Assembly: GCF_006345805.1 (NCBI RefSeq)
Contig: NC_042998.1
Coordinates: forward strand, 104,408,001 to 104,472,000
Source of the DNA: Octopus sinensis
Lineage: Eukaryota
Length of the DNA stretch: 64,000 nt
Reading direction: 5' to 3'
Shown here: piece after piece, positions 1-12,774 of the stretch
Layout: every line of letters starts with the position of its first letter
Position numbering within the stretch: the stretch's first letter is position 1
The notes under the pieces: generated by a model
Seen by the model: the letters and a program-made list of their open reading frames with translations, nothing else
Database searches by the model: none
Told to the model about the DNA's origin: nothing
Made by a program: the position numbers and the translations under genes

Positions 1-84
1 GCACACGCGCACACACATAGACACACACACATATTAATATATATACATATACATATATACATATATGCGTATACATTTATGAGT

Positions 85-586
85 GGCCTCAAAATTATCA
101 CAAGAGAACAGGAAACCATGATGGCCCTCTGAAGGACATTTGTCCCCAGCCATTTAGACTAATGTTCTCAACTATGATTACCATATAGCGTAAAATTAAT
201 GGTGGAACTCGAAACAATTTAGCAAAGCTACATGAAGAAGATCGTGTCAATGTGGCATGTCACTTACTGGAAAACACTGGAAAAGTTAAGACTCTACTGC
301 CAAGAACGAAGGTGGGAAAGATATGCAGTGATATACATCTGGAAAAACCTGAAGAACTTGTGCTAGACTTTACTGCTGCAGCTTGAGTTTCAAGGGCTTA
401 CAGCTTTTCAGTAACCTCCCACAAAGCCTGAGAAACGTACATGAGATGGATGTCGGTGTTTTCGGAACGAAACTAGATCTCCTCATGTCAAGAGTTTGGG
501 ATAAATCTACTTCGCAACAAGAAACGCAGATGTTGGGAGCAACATCAAACTTCTTCATTTACCAAATGGTACGTATCAGAAGTTTC

Positions 587-590
<4 letters not shown>
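85..590 (+). mobile_element. Decayed 3' end of a CR1-group (CR1/L2-like) non-LTR retrotransposon
   Basis: Frames read YWKTLEKLRLYCQERRWERYAVIYIWK (266-346) and SFKGLQLFSNLPQSLRNVHEMDVGVFGTKLDLLMSRV, typical of the post-RT C-terminus of CR1-group ORF2. Stops and deletions are present; it ends at a (TA)n tract. Confidence 0.7.
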
Positions 591-649
<59 letters not shown>

Positions 650-797
650 ATATATATATATATATAATTATATTACAGGGTGGCCCAAAGTAGGTTTACA
701 GTTATCACATAGGCACTTTAAATTTCTTTTAAAACATTTTATATTTAAATTTCCATCTTACAATTCACTAAATTAGCATAGAATAATTGTTAATATA

Positions 798-2094
798 CGA
801 GGGACGTTCAATAAGTAATGTCCCTGACCCACTTGCGGTTGTTTGATCTAGCTGGAATTTTGCATGTGCAATTCAATTATTTATATCTCTATAGATGAAG
901 TGGCAAATTACAGCTCTGAACTAATTGTGGTTTCTGATTTACAGGTGTTTGAACTGAGTCAAGTGTGAAATGGAGCCTGTTGAGTGTCGAGCAGTGATCC
1001 GGTTTTTGTATTTGAAAGAACGCACACCACGGGAGACTTTTGATGAAATAAAAGTAACTTATGGTGATGATGCCCCATCATATGACCTTGTAAAACACTG
1101 GCATCGTGAAATCAAACATGGTCGGAACTCTGTGGAAACAGCTCCCAGATCTGGTCACCCCCTCCTGCCATTGATGAGGCATCTGTCCGTCAAGTTGAGG
1201 CTGCCATTTTGGAAGATCGACGCATAACTATTCGCCAAATAGCCCATGAGGTCAAGATTAGTACCGGGTCTATGGAAACTATCATTCATGACCATTTGCA
1301 TATGCAAAAGGTGTCTGCCAGATGGATTCCCAGGTTGCTCACACCTTTCCAGAAGCAAGAACGCGTCGAGTGCTCGAGGATGAATTTGCAGATATGCCAA
1401 GAAGATGAGTCAAAATTTTTCAAAAGACTGATTACACAGGATGAAACTTGGGTCCATCACTATGATCCAGACACCAAAGCCCAGTCAATGCAGTGGAAGC
1501 ACCGTGACTCACCTCCTCCAAAGAAGGCAAGGGTGCAGCCCTCCGCTGGCAAGGTCATGCTCACAGTTTTCTGGGACCAGGACGGAGTAGTGATGACAGA
1601 TTTCCTGGCAAAGGGTACCACAATTACAGGAGCCTATTATGCTTCACTTTTGAGGAAATTAAGAGAAGCTATCAAAATCAAGAGGCGGGGTAAGATCAGC
1701 AAAGGCATCCTCCTCCTGCAGGACAACGCTCCGGTCCACAACTTGTGTGTCGCCAGATCAGAAGCACAGGCGTGCGGCTATGAACTCCTCCCCCATCCCC
1801 CCTACCCTCCTGACATTGCACCCTCTGATTTTCACCTCTTTCCAGCCATGAAGTTGTTTTTGAAAGGAAAGCGTTTCCCAAATAAGGCAGCCTTGATTTC
1901 TGAAGTCATGTTGTGGTTGGAGGACCAAGCTGGGGTCTTCTTCAAAAACGGTCTCCAGAGCTGCATCAAACGATGGGAGAAATGCGTATCTCTGGGTGGT
2001 TCCTATGTAGAAAAAGTCTAATAACTGTGCCAAGTTTCGTTGCTCTACTGCTATGGGACGAGGGTCAGGGGCATTACTTATTGAACGCCCCTCG
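798..2094 (+). mobile_element. Full-length mariner transposon (1297 bp)
   Basis: 33-bp TIRs at 798-830 and 2062-2094 (2 mismatches); TA target duplication at 796-797 and 2095-2096; internal transposase. Confidence 0.95.
970..2021 (+). pseudogene. Mariner DD34D transposase with one frameshift near 1160-1170
   Basis: ORF 970-1227 gives the N-terminal HTH region (MEPVECRAVIRFLYL...PRSGHP). ORF 1209-2021 has WIPRLL, DETWV, DNAPVH and HPPYPPDIAPSD with 34 residues between the second and third catalytic D. Confidence 0.92.
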
Positions 2095-2149
2095 TATGAA
2101 TGTGAAAGAGATAGTTGGATAAGTGTAAACCTACTTTTGGGCCACCCTG

Positions 2150-2186
<37 letters not shown>

Positions 2187-3171
2187 TAGATAGAGAGACA
2201 TATATACGCAAATAAGAAACGACGAATTCAAATCCCAAAACCAAAAGTCTAGGAATGTTCTCACTAAATATTTTAGCACATCAAGTCACAAAGTTCAAAT
2301 ATTTCTAAATATACGTATATGTTCACATTATCTATATATTATTTAATGATTCTTTGATTACTTATAATTTTGTAAAGACTTTCTTTTCTGTCAGTTATCC
2401 TTCTTAATCTGTTTTGTCGATTACCTCATACTTTCGTATTTTCATTCTCTTCACTCACATTTTTAATGTGTTTTTTTAGACGCATTTTCCCTCATTTTCT
2501 TTTTTCTTTTTCTTTCTCTTTTCAATTTCTATTTTACAAAGATCGTCATGACATTCACCTTCACCATTTAAACACATACCATCTTCCAGCTATTGCTTTC
2601 TCACTATCTTTTCACAACATCATTTCTCACACATCCACAAATTTACACATCCGCCCTGATAACCTAAACCCTACCACTCACGCTACATCCACCTTTCAAG
2701 CTTTTCGATGCTTTTCCAACATCACTAACATCACCATCACCACTAGCACATTCCAATTTCAACAATCCTATTTTTCCACTCGTTTACGGCGCTCTGTTCG
2801 GCTTTCTAGAGCCGCCATATTTGAAACCCTGGTGGCGAACCACTTTACAAAATTGCCAGTCGTATGAATAAAATTGTGTAATTACTTATAGTATCCCAAT
2901 GGGATAATTTTATTTGATTCATCTACAGCTTTCATTTATTCATTTATTTATTTATCGCCTGTATTATTATCGTTATCTCTCTTTCGACAAGAAAAAATAA
3001 AAACGGATATTTGCTTACTTTTCTTTTATTCTTTATCCTTTTCTTGAAATTTATTCATAGTTTTTATAAGTTGTTTGCATGTTATTTTTTTTAATTATTA
3101 TTTTTTTCTATAAATTTTTGCTTTCTATTTTACTTCTATGTACATACATTCACATATATGTGTATATAGAG

Positions 3172-3202
<31 letters not shown>

Positions 3203-3292
3203 AAGATATATAATATATATATACATACTATATATCTTCATATTATATTTATATTTATTATTATACAATATCTATATTCAATATCAGATATG

Positions 3293-3334
<42 letters not shown>

Positions 3335-3381
3335 ATAGATATATATATATATATATATTATACCCTACACATGTGTAAATT

Positions 3382-3481
3382 NNNNNNNNNNNNNNNNNNN
3401 NNNNNNNNNNNNNNNNNNNNNNNNNNNNNNNNNNNNNNNNNNNNNNNNNNNNNNNNNNNNNNNNNNNNNNNNNNNNNNNNN
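3382..3481. other. Assembly gap (100 N)
   Basis: Run of n in the sequence. Confidence 1.
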
Positions 3482-3764
3482 GCAATAGATAGTTAAGTTT
3501 ATTCAAGGATTATAACCAAATCGCCGAGATCGATTTCGCTTTACATCTTTTCGGGATCGATATAAAATGAGTACCAGTTGAGCACTGAGCTCAATGTAGA
3601 CGACTATCTCCCCTAAAATTACTGCTCCCGTGCCAAAATTTGAAGTTATGTTATAAACGTGTATTTCAACCGCTGGTATTATACGCACGCGCGTGTGTAG
3701 GGAGAGAGGAAAAAAAGAAAGATAGAAAGATAGGAAGATAAAGCAAGTGCACTAGTTCTTTGAG

Positions 3765-3990
3765 TGTTGGGTTCACAGTCATAACATCACAGGTTCGATT
3801 CCTGTACTGGACATTGCATTGATTACTGCAGCAAGGCATAACATTTTACATTGTGTCAATCTACTCGGCGGAAAATGAGTAGCAATCTTTTGTTGGTGAA
3901 ACCTTCCCTCGTTCCAGTTCCCATTTTCTGATGTTCCGCTGCGTCAAGAGTCGGAATGACAAGCGGGTATCTTTATCTGCTCGTAACAAC
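3765..3990 (+). mobile_element. Degenerate tRNA-derived SINE (family C-like)
   Basis: B-box-like GGTTCGATTCC at ~3792, followed by sequence resembling the copies at 8350 and 23590. Confidence 0.45.
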
Positions 3991-4739
3991 ATGGGTACCT
4001 AAAACAGGCACCTGAAAAAAAATAGTGACTGTGTGGTACAAGCTACTAGTAGCTTATACTCGCCTGCTAGTAAACTTGAAGTCCGCCGCGCGCACGTGTG
4101 TACAACATAATATGATATAATGTAATATATACACACACGCACGCACATACACGCACCAATACTCATCCATCCATCCCTCCATCCATACATACATACATAC
4201 ATGATGGCAGCCCCCTCGTTATTGAGTACGGCCATTGCACGAAGCTTAACTGTTATTGGTGTTGTGATCGAATGTGATTTTTATTTGCTTTTTAAGGCTA
4301 CAGCCAGCCATTCAGTTGAGACTCACAGCACCATCAACAATCATGAACAATGTTGTTATCGTGCAATACCTGTGCAAGAAATTTTTTTTAAAAGTGAGGA
4401 AAGGCTGTGCACTGAGTCAATTCCACTCACTAAGCAACAGCAGCCATAATCTGAAAAGAAGAACAAGTCAATATCATCGGTAACCACTGAGCCGCAGGTT
4501 TTATGTCGGAGTTATCCCAGTTACCTGAGCTACCTTCTCCTAGAAGGATGCCCTAACAAAGGCTAGGAGTCCTTCACTCTCAATGGTTTAACCGCGCGAT
4601 CGGGTATTCAGTCCTATTATTTCTATGTCGCCGCGCATGATACAGCCTTAAGCCTTAAGAGAAAAAAAAATACACATTTATTGGATGGCCGTTGAATCTC
4701 AAGAGTTCCTTCCTACATACATACATGCATACATATATA

Positions 4740-5445
4740 ATGAAATCTGTTGGAAGGATAATCCCGAGGACAAAACATAACATACAGTATGGGGGAAGCT
4801 ATAGCCAGTTATAATAAAAAGGAGTACTGGTAGAATGTCAATAAAATGTAAATATAATAGGCCTGATATAATCATTTTGGATAGAGAAGAGAAACTGTGT
4901 AAACTTGTGGAGTTCAGCTGCCCAGCGGATGTTAACATAAAGCTGAAGATCAGTGAAAAAGAGAATACCTATGTCAGTGCTCCCCAACCGGTATGCCGTG
5001 GCAGACTGGTGTTGCTACGAGACAATGCTAGATGTGCTGCAGTAAAACCTGAATGTAATTTTTTTCCGTATTCTTTTAGTTACAATTTTAGCTCCGGTGT
5101 ACTGCCGAATTTTGAAAAGAATATAAGTGTGGAGCAAGTGAAAAAAGGTTGCTGAACATTGACCTACGCTGAATTATTGAGAAATCTGCAGTTACTCTAT
5201 CCAGATTACAAGTTCAGATTTATACCTATAATTATTGGGACACTGGGATGGGATATGTAACACACTGCGTTATATATCCAATCTTCCCAAAGCCAGAAAG
5301 GAGACAGCTGATTCGAAGACTACAGAACCAGTCCATCACTAGAACTGTAAAAATTTGTAAAATTTTCCAGATGTTTATCATTTAAATATATATGAGCATG
5401 TCTAGACATGCAACTATATGCATGAGAATACATACATAAAGTAAA
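4740..5445 (+). mobile_element. 5'-truncated R4-clade RLE LINE (endonuclease domain and 3' UTR)
   Basis: Reads CKYNRPDIIILDREEKLCKLVEFSCPADVNIKLKISEKENTY, then AELLRNLQLLYPDYKFRFIPIIIGTLG (PD..E RLE motif). Closely matches 37740-38165. Confidence 0.85.
4975..5161. mobile_element. hAT-type MITE (187 bp) inserted in the RLE LINE
   Basis: Imperfect 15-bp TIRs CAGTGCTCCCCAACC / rc CAATGTTCAGCAACC. 8-bp TSD ACCTATGT (4967-4974) / ACCTACGC (5162-5169). The paralogue near 37880 reads AATACCTACGCTGAA uninterrupted. Confidence 0.8.
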
Positions 5446-5534
5446 GAATACAATTCTGCATGTATACACACATGCAAGCATACATACATACATGCATACA
5501 TACATACATACATGTATGCATGTATGTATGTATG

Positions 5535-5673
5535 TAGTTGTGCGGTAAGAAACTTACTTCCACGTGGTTCCGGGTTCAGCCCCACTGTGAGGAACTTTTA
5601 CCTTAGGCAAGTGTATTCTACTATTGCATCGAATGTGAATAGATTTGGTAGACGGAAACTGAAAGAAGCCCGT

Positions 5674-5716
<43 letters not shown>

Positions 5717-5953
5717 ATATTTATGTGTGTCTTTGTGTCTGTGTTTGTCTCCAACCATCGCTTGACAACTGATGTTGGTGTGTTTACATCCCTGTAACTT
5801 AGCGATTCAGCAAAGGGGATCGATTAAACAATTACTAGGCTTACAAAAATAAATCCTGGTGTCGATTTCTTCAACTAAAACCCATTAAGGAAGTGTTTCA
5901 GCATGGCCGCAGTCAAATGACTGAAACAAGCAAAAGAATTGAAGGATAAAAGA

Positions 5954-5955
<2 letters not shown>
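5535..5955 (+). mobile_element. tRNA-derived SINE family B, near full length
   Basis: Head GTGCGGTAAG...GGTTCCGGGTTCAGCCC, central GGCAAGTGT...GACGGAAACTGAAAGAAGCC, internal (TG)n, tail CATGGCCGCAGTCAAATGACTGAAACAAG; matches 14717 and 63461. Confidence 0.85.
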
Positions 5956-6004
<49 letters not shown>

Positions 6005-6963
6005 GTGTGTGTGTATAAATATATATGGTATATGTATGTATGTCTTACCTTGTGCCCTAACAAACATACGATCTCTGAATCACTTCAGATAAGCATCTCT
6101 CCTTATCTCTGTCTATCTCATGTCTCTCACTTCTTCTCTCACTCCCTGCTCCTCTTTATCTCACTCTTCCTGTCTCCCCCCACTTTTTGCTCTATGCTTC
6201 TATCCATCGGTTTAATCTTTTCCCCATCACTATTACCTTACTCTAATCTCTCTCATTGCTCACTTTCTGTTTTATACTTCCTTCTCTCTCTTTCTCTCAC
6301 TCTTTCCGACCGCCCATAATTCTCTTTCATCTTATATCTTCCCCACTACGATGATTTTTTTTTATCAAATAATCAATAACTTCAAACCATCAATTTTTTT
6401 TTAATTCCTTTTTGATATTTTTTATTTATATTTATATATTTATAATATATTTATATTTATATATATTATTTATATTTATTTACATTTATTGCTTTTCCCT
6501 TGTTTACTTCTCATTCCGCTATCCCATTACACTATCCGGTGATTATCTCTCCTTGAAATATAACGACAACCGCGATAGTAATCCAACCACCATATGTAGC
6601 CAATATCCACATACTCTGCCAACATACAAGACATCCGCAAACACGACTATCACAAACAAAACAAAAATTATAAAAGACAACATGCTGTCAACACTGCTAA
6701 AGACAGATTCTTAACTAGGCGACTAATAAAAATAAATAAATAAAATGAAGTAAAAAAATGAATAAAATGAAGTAAAGTACACATCTATATAGATATTTTT
6801 TCTGCATGCAATATGTATATGATTATATTCTTACCGTTACCTGCTTGTATGTATATATGTATCTGTGTGTGTTTGCTTGTGTGTGTGTGTGTGTGTTTGT
6901 TTGTTGTGTGTGTGTGTGTGTGTGTGTGGATATTCATAGCACTATATCCATACATATATACCA

Positions 6964-7020
<57 letters not shown>

Positions 7021-7159
7021 TATATAAACACACACACACACACACACATACACACACACATATTATATATATACACACACGCACACACATATGTATGTAT
7101 AGATATAAGGAGAAAGAGAGAGGGAGAGAGATTAATAGAAAGTAGATGATATATATATA

Positions 7160-7320
7160 TAGGGAGAATTCACAAAAAAAAAGACGAAGACAGGTGGTGT
7201 AGACAACAAACAGATGTATTAGTTTAACGCTCGGGAAGTGAAAAAGTCTTTAACATTTCGAGCCTAGAAAGGAACACAGAAAGAAACAAGGAGAGAATAT
7301 AAAGAATGTGTAGTGGCTAT
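7160..7320 (-). mobile_element. Short pLTR-like repeat (same family as 18250-18430) with the ribozyme core deleted
   Basis: Reverse complement shares TAGGCTCGAAA..AAAGACTTT..CACTTCCCGAGCGTTAAA and GTCTTCGTCTTTT with 18300-18400. Confidence 0.6.
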
Positions 7321-7639
7321 CGATCTATCATAGCGAATGCCGGACAGAGGGGTCACACAGGAGAGCTAGGAAGAAGGGAAGATAATAAAATAGTGGTGAT
7401 CCCAAAACAAAGGCGCGCGTTTGTAAGACAGCTTGTATGTACGTGTGGAAGAGGGCTGGTGACCTTGATATGTGCGTGTGTTTATGTGTAGGTGTGTGGA
7501 TGCGCGGCTGGGAAGTGGTCAGTGCTAGCGTGGTGGTGTGACGTGATGTGATGTTATGTGATTTGGTGTTGTGTGGTATGGTGGTGTATGGTGTAGTGGT
7601 GTGTGGTGTGGTGTGAGGGTTTTGGGATGTGGGGAAGGC

Positions 7640-7770
7640 GAGAGTGGGGAAAGCAAGGGTGGGGTGTGGGTAGGCTGAGGGTTGGGGTAGAGGTGGGGTA
7701 TGTGGGTAGGCTGAGGATGGGGTAGAGATGGGGTATGTGGGAGTGGATGTAAGGCATAGAGTGGGGGTGG
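7640..7770 (+). repeat. G-rich minisatellite (~36-bp unit, about 3 copies)
   Basis: Recurring GGGGTATGTGGGTAGGCTGAGG..GGGGTAGAG. Confidence 0.7.
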
Positions 7771-7772
7771 GC

Positions 7773-7837
<65 letters not shown>

Positions 7838-8039
7838 AATCGCTTAAAACGACCTAACGTAGATATACTGAAAATACAAAAAATATATAAAATTCAAATT
7901 TTTTTTTCAAACCAATTGCTAGAATTGAATATGTCTTAGATGTCACTCCACAAACAAATAATCGAAGTAGAAATACGACAGATATAAGACACTAATTTGC
8001 TGATCGTTGGGTTTCATCAAACACACACACATACGCACA

Positions 8040-8078
<39 letters not shown>

Positions 8079-8197
8079 GCACACACTCACACACACACAT
8101 ATACATACATTGTCGTGCACACCCACTGTCTGTGTCTGGCTTTTTCATCCTTGCTTTCTTTCGCTCAGTCTAGCTATCACTCTCACTTTCTGTCTGT

Positions 8198-8236
<39 letters not shown>

Positions 8237-8349
8237 TAGTTAATTGATTCTTAAATTTTCCAATTAATACGTCTTGCTTTACATTCTCATTCGCTACCTT
8301 ATCTATCTTTCTCCCTCCTTTTCCTTTACTCTCTCTTGCTATCTTTTAC

Positions 8350-8730
8350 AGGATGAGACTACAAAATACGTCGTGGCACTCCGTTCCAGTTGATCCGATC
8401 AATAGAAAGCCTGCTTGTGAAATTAACGTGTAAGTGGTTGAGCACTCCACAGACACGTGTGCCCTTAACGTAGTTCTCGGGGAGATTCAGCGTGACACAG
8501 AGTGTGACATGGCTTTGAAATACAGGTACCACAGAAACAGGAAGAAAGAGTGAGAAGAATTTGTGGTGAAGAGTACAGCAGGGTTCGCAACCAACCCCTG
8601 CTAAAGCCTCATGGAGCTTTAGGTGTTTTCGTTCAATAAACACTCACAACACCATGTCTGGGAATTGAAACCGCGTTTCTATGACCGCGAGTCCGCTGCC
8701 CTAACCACTGGGCCATTGCGCCTCCACTTT
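8350..8730 (-). mobile_element. tRNA-derived SINE family C
   Basis: Reverse complement starts GGAGGCGCAATGGCCCAGTGGTTAGGGCAGCGGACTCGCGG (A box) ... GGTTTCAATTCCC (B box). Body is shared with 23760-23865 and 34200-34345. Confidence 0.8.
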
Positions 8731-9821
8731 ATTTTCTAATACGCACACACGCGCTGGTAGATTTTCCAATCACCCCGACCCTCAAACGCATACATGCTTT
8801 ATGCTCTTTGATTTCGTTCTAGTTATTCCCGCCTTCATATCTCGGCTGAATGCACCGAGCTCCCTCACGACATCTACAAATTAAGTAGCAGATAAAGAAG
8901 CAAAATCAATATAATCAACAATAGATTTTGAAGGCCAAGCTACAGCATGGCCGTAGTTCAATAACTGCAAATAAGCCACGGAATATTGCGAGTGTGTGTG
9001 TGTGCGCGCGCGCATGCTTGTTTGTGCGAGCGTGTAATGAAAAGTACGAATAAATCTTATACAAACACATCCAGACGTAAATAAAAACATACACACGCAT
9101 ACATACATATATACATGCATACATACATACATACATACGTACATACATGTGAATAAGTAGGGCATCAGATTTACTCTGACACTCAGCGCTCTGAGTTCAA
9201 ATCCCGCTATGGTCTGTTGGGTGTGAACTAAATTTACTTCGACACTCGATTTACCAGGCACCTGTGTACTAACAACGGAGTTCTCCCTGTGGCAACAATT
9301 TGAGGATCACTTCATTCACCCCTTTAGTCTCGAAGATCCTGCTGAAGAAACATGAGCAATGCTTGTCCCGCCCAGCTATAAGATAGTTCTCCCTTCATAC
9401 ATACATACTTTCATACACACATACCGATTTATATGTATGCATACATTCACATGGATATGTGTGTGTGTGTGTGTATGTGTGTGTATCGCGAGAGAGAGAA
9501 AGAGGCCTATTCGTATATATGTGTGAGTGTGTGTGCATGTGTTTATCCGTGTATGTGTGTGTGTGTGTGTGTGTGTGACTAGTTGGGCTGGCCATATAGA
9601 TAAATATATATATATATTTGAAAGTCTTTGTGAAAATTACTTAGTACAGTTTTTAAGAATAAGGGAGATTTTTTTAGAATATATATATATTTTTTAAATG
9701 TTATAATATAACAGAATGCCACTAACCTTTTTGGAAGAAGTTTTTTTCCTAGTGTGTGTAAGCGCTTTCGATTATTATTTTCAAATACGCGTGTTCTTTG
9801 TATAATACACACACACACACA

Positions 9822-9888
<67 letters not shown>

Positions 9889-9981
9889 GCACACATATAT
9901 ACATTCATACACACACACAAACACACACGCACAAAGATTTGACAGACAGATAGATATAGATAGATAGATAGATAGATAGAT

Positions 9982-10014
<33 letters not shown>

Positions 10015-10589
10015 ATACAGCTATCTTCCACTAAATTCGAATCGTGCCAGGTTATAGAGGACATTTGCACAAGGTATCTATCGTTCGCTGTGATCGAACC
10101 ATGAACGATACTCTCTTGCGAAGCGAAACTCTTACATCATTATATAAATTATATTTTATTTTGTTTTTCAGTAATCACGCAGTCGCACTCATAAACAGAC
10201 ATATTAAGTGATTAAGATTCAATATAAAAGTATTTGTACTTGTGTATATGTGTGCCTGCGAGTCTACGCAAATCTCTAATCTCACTTACTTTCAGTCAAT
10301 TTTCTGTGGCTTTAGAGGTGTCCACCTATTTCTCTTCCTTTTTGTTTTATTTCTCTTTCTCTCTCGCTTAGTCTTATATTACGTTCTCCCATTCTTCTCC
10401 AGTTTCTCTTTCAGTCTCTCTCTCTCTCTTTCTTTCTCTCCCCGCCTTTCATCTATACTCTAACTGGTTAAATTCGTTAACATCCCACTCTTCTCTTCCT
10501 CCGACTATCACTAAAAGCTTCCGCTTGCGTGTCATCCAATACAATCACGTCTATTTAACAAGTATGTGTGTGTGTGTGTGCATATCATA

Positions 10590-10656
<67 letters not shown>

Positions 10657-11025
10657 TAATAATGTCACTATTTTTGAGCAGACGATTCACACAGTTCGGC
10701 GGATGAACGATGTAGTAACTTTTAAAGCATGGCGAACGGAAAGATATTTTGTTCGATATACATTCGGTATTGTGAAACGAATTTAACAATGAAGAAGAAA
10801 AAAACATGATTGAAGGATATAGTGCACCACTTCTACCCAAAAATGCAGCATGTAAGGAATAGCCATCAAATGTCCCTCAAATAACAATTTCCTTGATTGC
10901 CATGAGGAAGATGTTTGTTATCATAAGTCTGCTTCGTTAGAGCTGAGCTGGGATTGAACAATACCAGCAATGAGTGAACACATACATGGTCAATCAACAG
11001 GTCAGAAATGGCAAGAACATTTTCC

Positions 11026-11693
11026 GGTGCTACTATAGTATGATCTCTATTACCAACTGTTGATAGTATGAAATATGTTAAAAATCATTAAACGTTTATT
11101 CTACAAAAGGAAAGGAGCAGTTTGTAGTGCAAAGTTTACTAAAAATCATTAACTTCTTAAGACATTAACACCATATTATACAAAATAAAAAATTATCAAA
11201 TATTGATTTTAATGTTTGTAAACTGATCTGATACCATTTTAAAAAAAGCAGTGAACAGGTCATCGTTTTTCCTTTGCATTTTCCAACAATAATGATCCAT
11301 ATGTGATTGAAAATGTTGCGTAGGTACGCCTCTGTATTCCTTGAGTATTTCAGTCTTGGCATCAAGCCAAAATCGCCCAATAGCGTATATATGAGATCCT
11401 GATGTCAGGACCACATAATTCACTCGACGATTGACAGTTTTGTGCTGACTGCCGATATTCTTTAAGCAATGGTGGGCCGGCCACTCATCGGAATGTATTA
11501 AAAAGTCAAGCTTACATTCACGTTCTATGATAGGAATCAAAGTGTCCCAACCTCTTCGTTGAACATAAAAGTACCGACAACCAAATGGGCTAGAACTGAT
11601 TGCTGAAAGCCGTAAGTGGGTTGTTTGGTAGAGTGCATTGTCATTTATAGTAGGTCGCAAATAGCAAGGTAGATATCATACTATAGTAGCACC
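11026..11693 (-). mobile_element. Internally deleted Merlin (IS1595/ISXO2-like) DNA transposon, 668 bp
   Basis: 24-bp TIR GGTGCTACTATAGTATGATMTCTA at both ends; 8-bp TSD CATTTTCC / AATTTTCC; transposase remnant inside. Confidence 0.88.
11196..11600 (-). pseudogene. Merlin transposase C-terminal DDE remnant
   Basis: TLIPIIERECKLDFLIHSDEWPAH...QHKTVN...HIYAIGRFW...HFQSHMDHYCWK matches the ISXO2-like pattern I.SD.W.AY..L....H..VNH...HT..IE..W...YL.EF.WR. Confidence 0.8.
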
Positions 11694-11707
11694 AATTTTC
11701 CTTTTTA

Positions 11708-12245
11708 GGTGTAAGAATGGCCGTGTGATAAAAGAGCTCGCTTTGCGCCCACGTATTTCGGATTCAGTCCAACTGTGCGACACTTTGAGCAAGTGTTTTC
11801 TACTGTAGACTGACTGAGCTAATTTGACAGATAGAAACTGTGTGGTACCCGTGACTGTGTGGTAACAAGCTTGTTTCCCAACCACATGATTCCGGGTTCA
11901 GTCCCACTGCGCGGCACATCGGACAAGTGTCTTCTACTATAGCCTTGAGCCGACCAAAGCCTTGTGAGTGGATTTGGTAGACGGAAACTGAAAGAAGCCT
12001 GTTGTATATATGTATGTATATATTTGTGTGTGGCTGTATTTGTCTCCCCATCATCGCTTGACAACTGATACCGGTGTGTTTTAGTCACTGCTGTAACTTA
12101 GCGGTTCGACAAGTGTGACCGCTAGAATAAGTATTAGGCTTACAAAGAATAAGTCCTGGGGTCGATTTCTTCAACTAAAACCTTTTAAGGCGGTGTTCCA
12201 GCATGGTCGCAGTTAAATCACTGAAATAAGTAATAGAAGAAACGA
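11708..12245 (+). mobile_element. SINE family B: partial head (11708-11810) followed by a near full copy (11850-12245)
   Basis: Same head, centre and tail motifs as 14717-15114. Confidence 0.85.
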
Positions 12246-12469
12246 ATATATATTAGCTAAAATAGAAACTTGTCGTAGCATGCCGATAAAGCAAGTTCAC
12301 TGCCTATGGCTACATGGCGTCATCCACTGTAATTGCACAATCGCCGCTTGATCTACATTTGGAAGACCTCAGTGTACGTTGAGTATAACAGAAACACATC
12401 TATTCTAGCCTTTCTACTCTTGTATTCCTAGCTTTTTGCTCGTCTGTTCGTCCTTGTCCACCGTCCTAA

Positions 12470-12565
12470 AGTATAAGACACTTTCCCATGGTGCCAAACC
12501 AGTAGGACTGAGCCTGGAACCATGCGGTTGAGAAGCAAGCTTCTTACCACACAGCCACGCCAGCG
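12470..12565 (-). mobile_element. SINE family B head fragment
   Basis: Reverse complement reads GGCGTGGCTGTGTGGTAAGAAGCTTGCTT...GGTTCCAGGCTCAGTCC. Confidence 0.7.
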
Positions 12566-12774
12566 TAGATAGCCGGGATTGTCGCGTGACCACTTGACTG
12601 CTATTTCTAGCGATCGACGTAAAAGCTTTCCTGTTCGCTTTGTTTTCAAATTCAGTATAAGTTATTTGTATTTATGATATTTAAGTTACGCCAGTTTTGC
12701 CACGTTTCTTGCTAGTCTTTTCGTTTACAAAAGTTTAAGTCTAAATGCATCAATTTTGTTTTTGCAAGCACCTA

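Larger units (their letters stand above)
676..2149. mobile_element. Tc1/mariner-type MITE (~175 bp of own sequence) interrupted by the mariner below
   Basis: TIR CAGGGTGGCCCAAAGTAGGTTTACAGTTATC at 676-706 and its reverse complement at 2118-2149 (1 indel, 1 mismatch); TA on both outer sides (674-675, 2150-2151). Confidence 0.85.

Noticed and set aside
2780-2830. GCCGCCATATTT (YY1-like) motif with an ATGGCGGC start on the minus strand
   Set aside because: The frame stops after 16 codons, there is no strong donor, and no other promoter evidence.
8660-8730. tRNA-like A/B boxes here and at other SINE heads
   Set aside because: They continue into shared SINE bodies and lack a complete cloverleaf acceptor stem, so they are not called as tRNA genes.
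9295-9375. CTGAAGA core with upstream GAGGATC/GATCCTG pairing
   Set aside because: No GAAA or helix III strand could be placed.
5382-10070. Many ORFs rich in YI, HT, CV, MYVC or LS repeats here and throughout the window
   Set aside because: They are translations of (TA)n, (CA)n, (CATA)n and (CT)n microsatellites, which lack stops in some frames.
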